A DNA stretch of 64,000 bases from Octopus sinensis (taxonomy: Eukaryota): positions 65,658,001-65,722,000 of the forward strand of contig NC_043007.1 of assembly GCF_006345805.1 (NCBI RefSeq), given 5' to 3'. The notes under the pieces are model-generated. The model searched no databases. It had not been told where the DNA came from and worked only from the letters and a program-made list of their open reading frames with translations. The stretch's first letter is position 1; each line of letters opens with the position of its first letter. Positions 13,480 through 28,926 of the stretch are shown here, one piece after another. Both the position numbers and the translations under genes were made by a program.

Positions 13480-14880
13480 GGTGCATGCTTACTTTTAAAT
13501 CTAGAAGTTCATGTTTAGTGTAGCTCCGTTCACTCAGGCCATTCTCGCTGTATTCAACAGCCCTTTAAAAAAATCTATTGGGGCGCAGCACCTTCTACAT
13601 CCTCACTTTTTTTCCCAAGTGTAACTTTAAAAAGTCGATGAGCGCTTGATCGAAAATGAAAGTATTCTTCAGTACTTTCAGTCACATCTACAACATAACC
13701 TCTTTCGCTATAAGCCAGAACAATAATGTCTTCCCTTCTCGGCCAAAGGAAGGTGATGAGATAATTTTCACGATGGACTCAGCTGATAGCTGGATCAATT
13801 TTATACGTAACAGCAGCTGTTCGACATAATTCCTCAAGGCATTAATATTCGGACACTGGACGAAGGCGAGCAGGACATATTTCTCAACTGACAGATGGAA
13901 ATAGACATATTTCTCAACTGAAGAAATAGACCGTCTGACCAGCAGAACACGACCTCACCACAGAAAGCGGAGGTGCGAGTGCTTCATTCAGGTCAGCTAT
14001 GAAGCGAGGCAATATAAGAATGGCAAATAGTAGATGATGGATGCAATGTAGGCATTTGTCATCTCCATATGACCCTTCAAGGATAGTTTCCTCTCGGCCC
14101 ATTTCTGGATGAGATGAGACTAGCTATCCTGCTCGCCACTTCTCAGTTCTTGTCCACATGGAGAGCTAGATCATACCATAACCGAGCAATGTAACCGGTA
14201 CTTTAAACTAGTAGGTTACTCGAGCAGTTTAACCGGTACCCTAAACTGTCCAGCGATCCACAATACTGTTGAGATATGGGCCTGTCTCTCCAGGTACCTA
14301 GATGCACGTTCATCGACTTTTCCTGCTAATTTTTTGCCTCTATCACCGCTTCGTATTCCCTTACAGCGATGCTAATCACCATAATTTGCTTGGTTCCAAC
14401 AACAGTATTACAGTGATGTCATCCGCATCTTAGCGTCGCCTTCTAAGATGTGCAAGATCCGTTGACATGAATCTTACACATCTTAGGTTGCGCTGGATGC
14501 CTCTCAATGTCTCTAGTTCATTCTGTAGTGACTCAAGAGTCAGTAAATACAAAACAACCTTGGCGGTCAGAATCTGTAATGCTGAATGATTCCGATATGC
14601 GGCCATTCACCCTAACCACAGAGCAGCTGTCGTCGATGTACATTTCGGTAATACAACCGCACAAGACAGGACCGAAACCGACTGCTGTGACGACAGCCAC
14701 CGAATATTGATGTTCGAACTTGTCGAAGGCTAAATTGATCTAATTTGATCTGGCCTTCATTCATGCTAGGTTTCTTACCCACCCTTTCTATGATATATCG
14801 CATGGAGTGAAGGATGTGCATAGATCGGTTCGGGATGCGCATGTTTACGCATCGTAGAGCAGACCACTGATCTCTTCGGT
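13480..14880 (-). mobile_element. L1/Tx1-like LINE ORF2 relic (reverse transcriptase to C-terminus)
   Basis: Minus-strand frames give LDQ..AFD...GFGP...VRVNG...RQGC and DADDITV (RT motifs) and AFVQCP...LSAESIVKI; many stops and frameshifts. Confidence 0.8.
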
Positions 14881-14931
14881 AACATGTTATTAACTAAGGT
14901 CTGTGTGTGCATGTGTGTGCATGTGTGTGTA

Positions 14932-15001
<70 letters not shown>

Positions 15002-15428
15002 TGGGAGAAAAAAACTAGTGAAAGTAAAAAGGAACGAAAGAGAAAAGAAGGAAAAGAAGATTGAAAGAAAGAATGAATGAGAAGAGATTGAAAGAAAGAA
15101 TGAGTAGGAAGAGAAGTTCAAGTTATTCGTTAAGGTAACCTATTATATATCAGTGCTTATAGACAAGCAAATATTGAAACAATGCATCATATTGAGATTT
15201 TAGAATAAGCAATTTATTATAATTATCCCGTGTTACTCTTTAATGTGAAAGAATGAAAAAGCCAAACGAGTCCATTAAAATTTTGGTGACCGTTTATATA
15301 AAGATTATTTCTTCAGAATAAAAATTTTGAGTATTGACTGGAACGATTTTTTGTTATCGAAGTGTGAATACACATCACGAAGTTAGTATTGAAAAATGCC
15401 TGCTTTGAACTAAGGTGTGTACACTCTG

Positions 15429-15700
<272 letters not shown>

Positions 15701-15734
15701 CTGCTGCACCGGTGATTTGTGTATACGCACATAG

Positions 15735-16145
15735 AAGGAAAGTTGTGGTGGTTCAACCTGCTAGAAATAGCAACCAAATCTCCCACAGATTACCTCTTGT
15801 TGTTTATGAAAAAGAAGAAATACACTGGACGATGTAGTCTTAGGAGTACAAAATGGATAAAATGATCAGGGTTTAAATACTTTTTATCATAAGTCCTACA
15901 GATCATAATCGATCTGGAGTTGAAGAGCAACACTAAGAACAAAAATAAAAATTAAACCAACCATAAACGTAGTTTCTAAACAGCCGACTGGCCTGCTAGA
16001 TATAGCAGCCAAATTTCTTTCAAATCACACCTTACAATTTTACAATAGTGAAGATGCATTAAATAACATAACATGTTCTGAAAATTAAAAGAAATGGCCA
16101 CTGTCTGGAATGCTTTGAATAGAAGCCTGCTTGGTTTGAACTGTC
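15735..16145 (+). repeat. Two tandem degenerate copies of an unclassified interspersed repeat (GCTAGAAATAGC...TTTGATCATAGG family)
   Basis: Related segments recur at about 30425-30625, 48330-48380, 51985-52085 and, reversed, 35405-35465 and 60650-60720. Confidence 0.55.
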
Positions 16146-16747
16146 TTGGGACCCAGCCAGAACAGAAAATTAATTAGAATCGAACCTGTAACACTGGCAA
16201 TGAGTTTTATTTTTTCTCGTCTTTCTCTTTATAGTCCTGGTTATAACTCAGGCAATCCAGATTCCTTTCCAGGCATTAAACTTAGTTTCCCGGTGTCAGA
16301 CTGGGGGATTTTCTCTCAATATGGAATACCGCATAAGAATTGTTTTCTTCTTCTCACCATGCTGTGCCTAACAATTCTTTCTGATCATGGATTTACCTAA
16401 AGAAGACCCGATCTAACTGGATTTAATTGGACCCTCCCAACCTCCTGAACATAATGAACCTCAACAATTACCATTGATGCGGAACATTCTTCCACTTTCT
16501 AACCTCCATTGACGGCATGCCGAACTTACTGAGCCTTCGCTCGATACGATGTTCCAATAGCTGGAATATCCAGAAGTTACTGTCTGAGATTAGCTTTACT
16601 ATTTTTTAAAATTATTTTTACCATTCGTTATGTAGCTAGATTTAGATTAAATTAAATGAATTTAAATGTTCTTGTCCTGCATTGTCTAATTATTTGCCTT
16701 TCCTCACTACATTAACCTATGTACATATATTGTGTGTGAGTGTATGT

Positions 16748-16782
<35 letters not shown>

Positions 16783-16973
16783 AGTGAGTGTGTGTGTGCG
16801 TGTGTGTGTGCGTGTGTGTGTGCATAGGTATACATATACAAGGTGTCCCAAAATTAAAGCAACCACCTTCTTTCAATTTTGCCAAAGCAAAATATATCTT
16901 ATATCTCGGATCCGAGCATTGTAATACAATGGTAAAGGAAACACAATTATGACACCACCACATTTATTCGATA

Positions 16974-17370
16974 CTAGCAGTATCGCCCGGCGTTGCTCGG
17001 GTTTGTAAGGGAAATAACTATATAAGCATTTTTAGAGAGTTATAGCCAAAAAATAGCAAAAAAATGCATTAAAAATGGAAAAAAAATTAAGGTAAACTTT
17101 TTAAAAATCGTTGACACATCGTAGATATTTTTAGAGAGTTACTTCCCTTATATAATAACGAAAAAAATGCATTAAAATGGAAAAATATGATGGTAAATTT
17201 TTTTAAAATCGTAGACTCATCGTAGACGCGCGCTAATACCCAGAAGGGCTCGATATGAATCACGACTATAAGATACCCGCTTCTGGTTAAACTGCACCGC
17301 AAAATGTGGGAGTAGTTAGGAATCTAAATCGTAGGAGACAGACACACAACTTCACTTTTATATATAAAGA
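16974..17370 (-). mobile_element. Non-autonomous Helitron-like element
   Basis: 5' TC(TTTATATATAAAAG); 3' hairpin CCCG-AGCAACGC-CGGG then CTAG 12 nt later; flanked A|T with no TSD. Confidence 0.85.
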
Positions 17371-17434
17371 TATAAGCCACGTAGTTATATACACATACTT
17401 TGTTATATACACATACTTTGTTATATACACATTC

Positions 17435-18506
17435 TTAACCCTTTCGTTACCAAACCGCCCGAAAAAAATTTTGGTTAATGTGACCGCCCGAATTTACCTA
17501 TTCATATTTAAATGAGAATATCAGAGTAAATCTCTTTAGTACATTCGTGAAAACACGTATTATACTTCGTAAACAGTTCAACTACAGTTTTGTACAAAAA
17601 TCGAAGTGTAATTTTAATTCCGTGAATTATGGGAGATTTTTTTCCGAAATTTGTTCCTATTGTGTTTTCAAAATTTGTAATTCTGACAAAAAATGGATAC
17701 GAATTTCATTATATCAAGCAGCGAGTCAGAATTCGAAGGATTTTCTACTGAAGACCTTCATAAATCTAACTCTATGACTGAAAAAAAAAAAAACATTTGG
17801 TATTTGATAATGAATCTGATGTTTCATTTTCCGAAAGTGAAAACAGTGAATCTGCGAGCTCCGACAGCGATAAAGAAAATGAATTGGCACCTGAATGGAG
17901 TGAAAATTTAAAAACTGTTTCTTTCGGTGATTTTTCTGAAGAAACTGGACCAAGCCACAGACTTTCCCAGAAGAGTAAAGCCTTAAACTATTTCTTTTTA
18001 CTTTTTCGAATGAGCCTATTTGAAATCATTACGGCGGAAACGAGCCGTTACGCTAAACGTAAACAAAGCGAAAGAAAGGATAGTTTGTTATTTCCCACAA
18101 CCTTAAATGAAATTAAGGCCTATTTTGCCATAAATATTATTATGGGTATCAGAAAGTTACCCAGAATAACAAATTCTATCGTAAAATTTTGTTGTATACC
18201 CAATTGAATATTAGCTAATAACCCATTTTCTATAGCGATGTTTGAACAAAATTTTAATAATTTTATATATTGTTGAATTTACCTGTATCTACCTGCAATT
18301 AGAGTCACTTTGTGACAAAAATTATAGTATAGAATTGGTTGAGAACATTTCATTAAATTATCTTCCAAAATTCATGTTAATATATTGATAAATAAAAAAG
18401 TTATAGTTGTTTAATGAAACCAGACTAAATTTATGATTACGTTAGAAATTAATTGAAACACATAAGGGGTGTAATTTGGTCAGAAATATAGTAACGAAAG
18501 GGTTAA
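17435..18506 (+). mobile_element. piggyBac internal-deletion derivative
   Basis: TTAA at 17435-17438 and 18503-18506; perfect 12-bp TIR CCCTTTCGTTAC; acidic N-terminus SSSESEFEGF, then after a poly-A frameshift YFFLLF...ETSRYA...PTTLNEIKAYFAINIIMGIRKLP; catalytic core absent. Confidence 0.93.
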
Positions 18507-19595
18507 AAGAAAATGTTATTTTGAACACAACATTTATAAAGAATAAAATATTTTTTGGTTTTTCTTTTAAACGGATGCATACATTTATTAATAACTATAT
18601 ATAAGTGTCGTATGTTTATACATAAACACTGTTTCATACTGCAATTATATATACATATATCTATATATAATATTATATAATAAAATATATACAGAATATG
18701 TGTATATATTTATGTATGTATAAATATATACTGAAAGAAGGTCGGCTCGCCAATTAATACTACCAAAATTTAACGACAAAAAGTAAATTAAAAACCAATT
18801 TACCTTTTCTGTATTGTTATAGCAATTCGACCGTCGGTGTGTTTTTGCAAATGTGTTCGTATGAGAAGCGAGTTGTGTTTGGCTTTTTATACAAATAACA
18901 AACACAAACGTGTTTGTATGTAGTTGTTTGAAACGTTTGTGTTGTCACTGTCATATATGTATGTGTATGCGTGTGTGTGAGGAATGACACACACACACTC
19001 ACGCACGCACACATGTACATCAATGCTTTCGGAGTGAAATGTTAAAATATTGAGTTTTCTCGAATTTTGTCTTAATTGGGGGTAAAATTGAAAGAAATTT
19101 TGTATGGCATGACCCAATGAGAGTACTTTGAAAAATCATGGGTAAACTCTAATTGAAGAAATTGTGTGAGGAGTAAATCGTTATGTATTTATTTGTTTCT
19201 GTTTGCTGTGTGTTTTTTTTTAGTAGTGGTTTAAGGTACACTTCTTTCGTTTTATAGAAATAGTTTCACTTTAATCGTTGCACACTTGCAAAGACAAAGG
19301 AGGAGAAATTAGAGTGATAGCGTGAGTGAATCAGATCGCTCCCTTTTTGTGTGTGTGTGTGTGTGCGTGTGCTCTAGCCCACACTAAGAAAAGCACTTGA
19401 CTTACACACCACAATGTGAGTTTTCTCTAAAATTTTGCTTAATTGGGGTTGAAATTTTAAAAACTGGACCTGGCACGACCCGATGCATTCTACTCTTAAA
19501 AATGCTAGGTAAATTGTAATTGAAGAAATCCTATATTGTAGATTTCTATAAGAGACAAAGGGAGGCAGATAAAATCTGCCTTTTATAATAAGAGA
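18507..19595 (-). mobile_element. 5' part of a longer Helitron-like element
   Basis: Starts A|TCTCTTATTATAAAAG like the short Helitrons; GGCAGAT-TTT-ATCTGCC hairpin; two diverged internal subrepeats (about 19050-19170 and 19410-19530); no 3' hairpin/CTAG of its own found. Confidence 0.6.
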
Positions 19596-21557
19596 TTACT
19601 ACCTCTGTTTCGAATCACAGCCTTAAGTCTAGGTGCGAATGCTTCACATAGGGCACGCAGCTGTTCTCGCGGAATTGAAGCCCATTTCTTGCCCTCAGAG
19701 CGTCGAGCAAAGCATGAGGAGTGCTTGAGGCTCTCGTCTCCAAAATGAACCAAATAGAAAAATCCAACGGGTTGAGATCGAGGTTTCTTGAGGGCCATGC
19801 ATCCTTGCCTATGAACGACGGAATGCTTTTCTGAATTCAGTGTTGTGTCTGTTTGGAGCTACGGGATGGTGCTGAGTTCTCCAAGGTGCGCCTTAAACGT
19901 GCTCATTCACCCAATGAAGCAGTTCAACTTCCAGAATGTCGCTCGGTGTTAAACTTAACACATGAGGGCACAAAATGAGGGGAGACCTTCCAGTAGCTGT
20001 TACATCCGCCCAAGCCATAACTGACTGTGGATTTTGACGGAGCCTGATACACTCCAAAATCGGTCATTCTGGTGGTTTACTGTCTGTTTGATGTCAAATT
20101 TCTTTTCATCAATGAACACCAGGTTGTGCAGCGTGCCTTCAGCATTTTGACGCAGGATAAGACGATTTCTCTTCAGTCTCATAGGCTTATAAACTTGCGT
20201 GAGCTCATGACGGGGTATCACCTTGTAGGGATGGGTCCTGAGATCATCCTTCAGCACTCGATTCATCGATACTCGGCTTAATTTTGTTGTGGCAACAAGT
20301 TTTTTAACGGAGCGACGTGGATTTCGCCGAATCTTTTCTCTGGTACTTTTGATAAGCTGAGGGGTCCGCACACTTCCTTTTTGGGCCACATCCAGGTCGA
20401 TCAGTGGTGGAACCAGTCTCTTGAAATTTCTGGACAATTTCCCAGACTGTTGTTTTGTTAATTTTAAGCTTTTTTGCTATAGCTGTATTACTTTCGCCTC
20501 CTTTGTGTAGGGTTATGATTGTATATCAGTCTATAGCCATCATGTAATTTATAAATCTGAATTTATTTAGTATGAAACAAAGACACACTAAACTTTTATA
20601 ATTATGCATAATTTTCATACCTTATCACATTTATTGATAGTTATGAAAGCCCAAAACTTCGCATGCCTTAACTTCGGGACACTCTGTAGATATTACAGCC
20701 TGAGAATTTCTACAAAGAAAGAATTAGTTTCTAACTTAGAAACAAACCTGCCTCGGCAAAATTTAGATAACCGTTCTGAGTTATGTATTGAATTTGGGAA
20801 ACGATTGTGTATAAATTTGATTTGATACCCGTATGAATAGAGCACTTGGGTTATCAATTTGACACAGGCCTAATCTCGATTAACCTAGGTCAGTTCACCT
20901 GGATCGGGGTGAATACTGTTAAAGGACTCAGTGGCCCCAGCTCACAACACTGACGCATCGTTAGCGTCCAATTATTGGAATTTGTGCCTAATTATTGCTT
21001 GTGTAGATGTGCGTTGAACTATAATCTGAGCAGAGAAATTATAGATTTCGAAGCATTTGATCATAGATGCTTCTCAATGACTTGAAAAGAAATGTTTACA
21101 TCCGTTGGATTGCTAATTTCCAAAACTACATCATTTTTGTTTTCCCTCCCAAGACTACTATATCAGCCATTTATCGAAAGTTTTGATGGGAATATTCCAT
21201 TAATTTTTTTGTGTTGAAATGAACGTTTGCTAAAACAGCAATATTTTCTCTACTATGGCAGTGCAATTTTCCTCAGAAACATCATACCTTATCAGAAGAA
21301 GGAAAGAAATTAATGACATTTTGTGGCTGTACAAATCGCATATATCCATATGTAGTATCCTTCACGAATATGTAACATGATCGACAGTTTCGGTCTCATC
21401 TTGAATGTTTAAACGGTTCAATGTCTGTTATTCAACAGGTATTTAGTAGAAATTTCCTGCTTTTGGATTGCAAAAAGCACAATAATCGAAATAGGACGCT
21501 ACATAATGTTCACCTGTCGAAAAACGGTCCCACTTCCGGTCGATGCAGTCATCATCT

Positions 21558-21823
21558 TTATCTAAACTTGCCTTCATACTCAGATATCTTCTCCAAGTTT
21601 TTGTTGACGTAGATTCCTTCAGCAGCCCCGAGTACTTCGTCAGGTGACTCCACCGTACCTCTACACTTTTTGAGCACTTTGTAAACGTATTTGTTTTTGT
21701 CGTTATTGTTGATGTTGGTTAGAAGACGATGTTTGCGAAAACGCTTAGAGCAACCTGTACTAGTTTTTAGCCTTTCTCTTTGTCCTTTCTCCACTGCAAA
21801 CGAGTCTGCCGATGTCACTATTA
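21558..21823 (-). CDS. Candidate terminal coding exon E of an unidentified gene
   Basis: Acceptor TCTGCGTTTCTGCAG; phase-1 frame open to TAA (IVTSADSFAVEKG...GIYVNKNLEKISEYEGKFR*); unique sequence rich in purine-first codons. No family recognised. Confidence 0.35.
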
Positions 21824-21974
21824 CTGCAGAAACGCAGACTTAATTATTACTACAAGCTCTGGTACTGAAAATGCATTGTGGGATATTGTTTTTTTTTTTA
21901 AATACTGACAAGATTTGACCACTTGGTGTAATACACTTTAGTCGTTCTATATTTGTTCACAGTTTGGTTGCATG

Positions 21975-24510
<2,536 letters not shown>

Positions 24511-24521
24511 GTGTCCTGCAG

Positions 24522-24690
24522 TAATTGCAAAGACCCCGTTGTTGACAACAGCGCTATCGCTGTTTCATCGTATACGGATAAAAAACGTGCCGAACTCGGC
24601 TATTCTCGGACGTTGTCGACGTTGTTGACGTCACCGACCCCCGTCACAGTAGTTTTATGCATTTTTATTTTAGTTGTGTTTCTTAGATAA
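24522..24690 (+). CDS. Candidate terminal exon encoding a GPI-signal-like or tail-anchor C-terminus
   Basis: GTGTCCTGCAG acceptor after (TG)n; NCKDPVVDNSAIAVSSYTDKKRAELGYSRTLSTLLTSPTPVTVVLCIFILVVFLR*; no well-supported upstream plus-strand exon found. Confidence 0.3.
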
Positions 24691-25140
24691 GCTATGTCAA
24701 CTTCCATCTTTTGCTGTTGCAGTTTACTGATGCTGGAGAAGGTGCGGACGGTACGTTAGGGGGGAAGATTAAGATGGTTGCTGGGTTGAAAACGATGTTG
24801 GTGGTGGTCGGAGAGCAATGGCGTTGTTGTTATCGGATCGTCTGTTGTCAGTGGGAGGTGTCTGCGCATAGGATGGAGTGATGGCCGGGGTGATCAGGTG
24901 ACGAAGGCGGCGGCAGTTTGCGTCCGGTGGGGGTGGGTGGTGATAATGGTGGATTTTGCAGGTGTGTAGAGGCGTGTAACATTGCTGGGTTGTGTTGTGA
25001 TTTGGTGGCTGCTGTTGTTGTTGTTATTGTTGCTGGACTTGCTGTTGTTGTTATTTAATCCGAGACCATTCTTAATCGTGAAGACACATGACGAAAAGAC
25101 GTTTCTGCTGTGACCAATACTTTTTGTTTTTTGTTTTACC

Positions 25141-25553
25141 TTTTTTACTTGTTTTTGTCTTTTGACTGCGGCCATTCTGGGGCACCGTCTTGAAATTTTA
25201 GTCGAATGAATCGACTCCAGTACTTTTTCTTTCTTTAAAGCGTGGTACTTACCCTATCGGTCTGTTTTGTCGAACCGCTAGGTTACGGGGACGTAAATAC
25301 ACCAACATTGTCAAGCAGTGGTGGTGGGACAAATACTGACCCATAGACACACGCACACACATAGATACACACATACGTATATACGCCGGGTTTCTTTCAA
25401 TTTCCGTCTACCAGAATCACTTACAAGGCTTTGGTTGGCCTGAGGCTATAGTAGAAAACACATGCTTTAGTTGCCATGCAGTGGGACTGAACCCGAAACC
25501 ATGTGATTAGATCGTTGAGAAGCAAGCTTCTTACCGCACAGACACGTCTGCAC
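25141..25553 (-). mobile_element. Family A SINE, full length
   Basis: Tail, microsatellite core and head all present in reverse complement. Confidence 0.88.
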
Positions 25554-25749
25554 CATCCCGACTTTTTATACCCAAAACTATATTATGTAATTTTTCATTC
25601 CTTGTATTTTATTTTATTCTATTGATTTAAAGCACCAATGTTAAACTTGAGGGATATCTGGCTGTTAATTTTAGCAGACTGGAACGGTTTGTGACGGTTG
25701 GCGGTGGATAACATTTGGGCAGGAGCAGGGTAAGGTAATTTTCTTGTTA

Positions 25750-26098
25750 TTATGATAGGGATGACTATGATGACAATGATGATGAAAGTGGTACTGGTGG
25801 TGATGGTGGTGATGATGATGATGATAGTGATGGTGTTTGGTTGTGGTGGTCATTGTGATGATGATGATGGTAATGATGATGATGATGATGATGATGATGA
25901 TGGTTATGATGATGATGATGATGATGTGATGATGATGATGATGATGATGGTGACGATGCTGGTGATGAAGAAGATGGTGGCGGTGATGGTTGGGGTGGTG
26001 GTGGTGGTGTCGTCGTCATGATTTAGATGATGATGGTAATGATGACGACGCCGATGAGAAAAGATGATAATAAAGAAGTTCATGAAGATGATAATGAA

Positions 26099-26145
<47 letters not shown>

Positions 26146-26240
26146 CGATGACGACGACGACGACGGAGACGCCTGAAGAAGAAGAAGAAGAAGAAGAAGA
26201 AGAAGAAGAAGAAGAAGAAGAAGAAGAAGAAGAAGAAGAA

Positions 26241-26275
<35 letters not shown>

Positions 26276-26350
26276 CGATGATGACAACGATGATGATGAC
26301 GATGAAAATGATGAAGATGATGGTGGTTGTGGTCATTATGATGAGGACGA
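25750..26350. repeat. (GAT/GGT/GAC/GAA)n array
   Basis: Direct reading. Confidence 0.95.
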
Positions 26351-26635
26351 TGGTGATGTTACGATTCAGTAGGGGAACCTCTTAACCACGTAGCTATGCG
26401 TAAACGCGTACCGGTATATGTGCATCGGCGCGCGCGTGTATGTGTGTGTATGTGTATGTGTGCATAAATGCGTATGTGTGCGTGAATCTGTAGGATGGAG
26501 ATAATGATAGGTATCGAAATAATCTTTAAAAATATGAAAATAAGAAATTTAATCATGACTACCAAGGGTGAACATATACCGGGTTGTGGCAAACCAATCT
26601 TGACGGTAATTACGATTTTAAACATTAAAAGATCT

Positions 26636-27131
26636 TTTACCTTTTACTTGTTTCAGTCATTAGACTGCGGCCATGCTGGGGCACTGCCTTGAAGAGTTTT
26701 TAGTCAGATGAATCGACCCCAGTACTTATTATTTTTTTGCTCAACCTGGTACTTATTCTATTGGTTTTCTTTTGCCGAACCGCTTAGTTACGGGGACGTA
26801 AACGCATCAACACCAGTTGTCAAGCGGTAGTGGGAGACAAACACAGATACAAAGACACACAAAGACACACACACACACACATAGTATATCTACCTATCTA
26901 TATCGTGTATTTATATATATGTATGTATGTATGTATCTATGTATCTCTCTCTCTCTATACATATATACGACGGACCACTTTCACTTTCCGTCTACCAAAT
27001 TCAGTCATAAGGTTTTGGTCGGCCCGTATCTATAGTAGAAATCATTTACCCATGGTGCCACGCAGTGGGACTGGACCTAGAAGCATGTGGTTAAAAAGCA
27101 AGCTTCTTATCCCTCAGCCACTCCTGCACCT
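26636..27131 (-). mobile_element. Family A SINE, full length
   Basis: Same organisation as 25141-25553. Confidence 0.88.
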
Positions 27132-27239
27132 ATAAGAACAAAGGATTAATAAATGGTGTGGATTCAGTGGGTTGGGGGATTAGAAATGGGAAATGCACCT
27201 AAGGGTTAAATGAGGAATCAAATGAAATGGATATAAAAT

Positions 27240-27860
27240 GTAATAGGTGTTACTTATGCGGCTGTACCACATCTGGTTTGTGGCGAGGTTGTTGGTCGGC
27301 ATACACAGGTTCCAGAGTTATAGATTTTTTTTATCTACAGAGGTCAGTTTTTGTGGATGGAAATGGGTATAAAATGTAATAGATATATAAACTAATTATA
27401 AGAATTATAGCTTGGAAAATACATATTAGTCATTCAAAAGCACCAAATTTATTGACTTTCCTAAAACAGTTATTTGGCATCAAAATTTTCGTCGCACCAA
27501 TTACGATCTGGTTACTTACGGGATTCTACTGCATCTGATTTCTGGCGAGGTTGTTGATCTGATTAACATAGGTTCCAGAATTATTGATTTCTTTTATCTG
27601 TATAGGTCAGTTATTCTGGCTGGGTGCTCTAAATACCAAGGTTACTAACTATGAGAACCTAACCAAAGTGACTGATTTATATAGATTAAAAAAATTATAT
27701 CTCTGGAACCTATACATGCCGATCAATAACCTCGCTATAAACCAGATGCAATAGAATTGTGTCAGTGATGAGGTCGCAGTTGGTGGGACGAAAATTTCGA
27801 TGTTTAAGCGAAGTTAAGTTTTAACGTTTTTCAGAAAGGTTAATATGACTTCTATGCTGC
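27240..27860. repeat. Foldback/MITE-like inverted repeat plus an extra direct copy of the arm
   Basis: CATCAAAATTTTCGTCGCACCAATT at about 27479 mirrors TTGGTGGGACGAAAATTTCGATG at about 27780-27802; an 80-bp arm recurs at about 27270 (+), 27530 (+) and 27670-27750 (-). Confidence 0.65.
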
Positions 27861-27944
27861 AATTGTTTTTGTTTCAACTCACAGTCTCAGACTAAATCAT
27901 TTATCTTCCAAGAATCGCTCCTAAACAAATTAAAAATAATATTG

Positions 27945-28140
27945 TTTCAAATTTTGGCACAAGGCCAGCAGTTTCGGGGAGGAGTAAGTCGATTACATCA
28001 ACCCTAGTGTTTCACTGTTACTTATTTTATCGATCCTGAAAGGATGAAAGCTATAGTAGACTCCGGCAGAAGTGAACTCAGAACATATAGATGACGAAAT
28101 GCCGCTAAGCGTGCTAGCGATTCTACCCGCTTGCCGCTTT
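27945..28140 (-). mobile_element. Family B SINE
   Basis: Family B reverse complement. Confidence 0.85.
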
Positions 28141-28583
28141 AATTGGAATTTATAAGTTCGATTGAAAAGATGAAAAACAGTCTAAAGTAACACCCAAAAG
28201 GATAACTTCATATACGTGGGCCAGACATGAGTAAACACATATAGATGGACATATGAATAAAAGTCGTAGTGGAAGTAAAGGCTAATAAGTTAAGCTATTA
28301 CAATCAATTTGGTATAGATCCAAAATAGGTAAGGTTTCGAAATAAACTTGAAGTATAATGTAATATTTATAAAGTTATAAAAGGAAAATAATCATAGTGA
28401 AGTTGTACTTTTAAAGTATATTAAAGGAAAGAGACAAGCCCGACTTTTTTTATGCAGTGAAATGTTTGCTTTTCAAATCTTTGTCATAATATATTCTCTA
28501 TAGTCTATATGCCTGGGGTTAATGAACTTTTAACTCAAAGATATGTGTAGGTTAGAAAATTAGTGTATGACATCAATATAGAT

Positions 28584-28926
28584 CAGGGGTTCTCAACCAA
28601 TTTTTTTTTAGCTATGGGCCCCTTTGAATACTATTTTATCCTGGTGTACCCCCACAGCCATTTGGTGCTTAAAAACTAGTTTTATAGAAACTTTTTTCAA
28701 AATTCTTATTTTGCTTTTCACACATTAACTTATGTAGGTTGAACTATGTAAAATATCAGAGAAAGAAACCTAGCTTTTTCTTGCAATACATACATTTAAA
28801 GCAAAATTTTTTCAGTGGCCCTTAAAATACGATTGTGGAACAACCAATCCAATATTTTGTTACGTGGACCCACAAAATCTTATATGAACTCTCAGAAGCC
28901 ATATGGGCCCCGCTTGAAGACCACTG
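28584..28926 (+). mobile_element. hAT-type MITE
   Basis: Termini CAGGGGTTCTCAA / TTGAAGACCACTG; 8-bp TSD ATATAGAT / ATATAAAT (7/8); right half recurs at about 32225-32467. Confidence 0.85.

Larger units (their letters stand above)
16839..20686 (-). mobile_element. Tc1/mariner-superfamily transposon (maT/DD37D-like), split by a 2622-bp insertion
   Basis: TA-flanked TIRs CAAGGTGTCCCAAAATTAAAGCA (16839) and the complement of CAGAGTGTCCCGAAGTTAAGGCA (ends 20686), 18/23 identical; transposase with LVFIDEKKF..QNDRFW, PQSVMAWA, WPSRNLDLNPLDFSIW; C-terminus RNRGSNIE* rebuilt across the insertion; 1226 bp without the insert. Confidence 0.85.

Noticed and set aside
16150-16650. Unique-looking segment as exon or LINE relic
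   Set aside because: Contains a GTAAGT donor and faint LINE-like words, but no motif could be pinned down.
17383-17433. Short tandem repeats as a CRISPR-like array
   Set aside because: No spacers and eukaryotic context; a simple 18-bp minisatellite. No CRISPR structure is seen anywhere in the window.
21582-21641. Plus-strand 60-nt exon (YLLQVFVDVDSFSSPEYFV) phase-compatible with the GPI-like exon
   Set aside because: It overlaps the minus-strand exon E candidate, has a weak donor (GTGACT), and phase match has a 1-in-3 chance.
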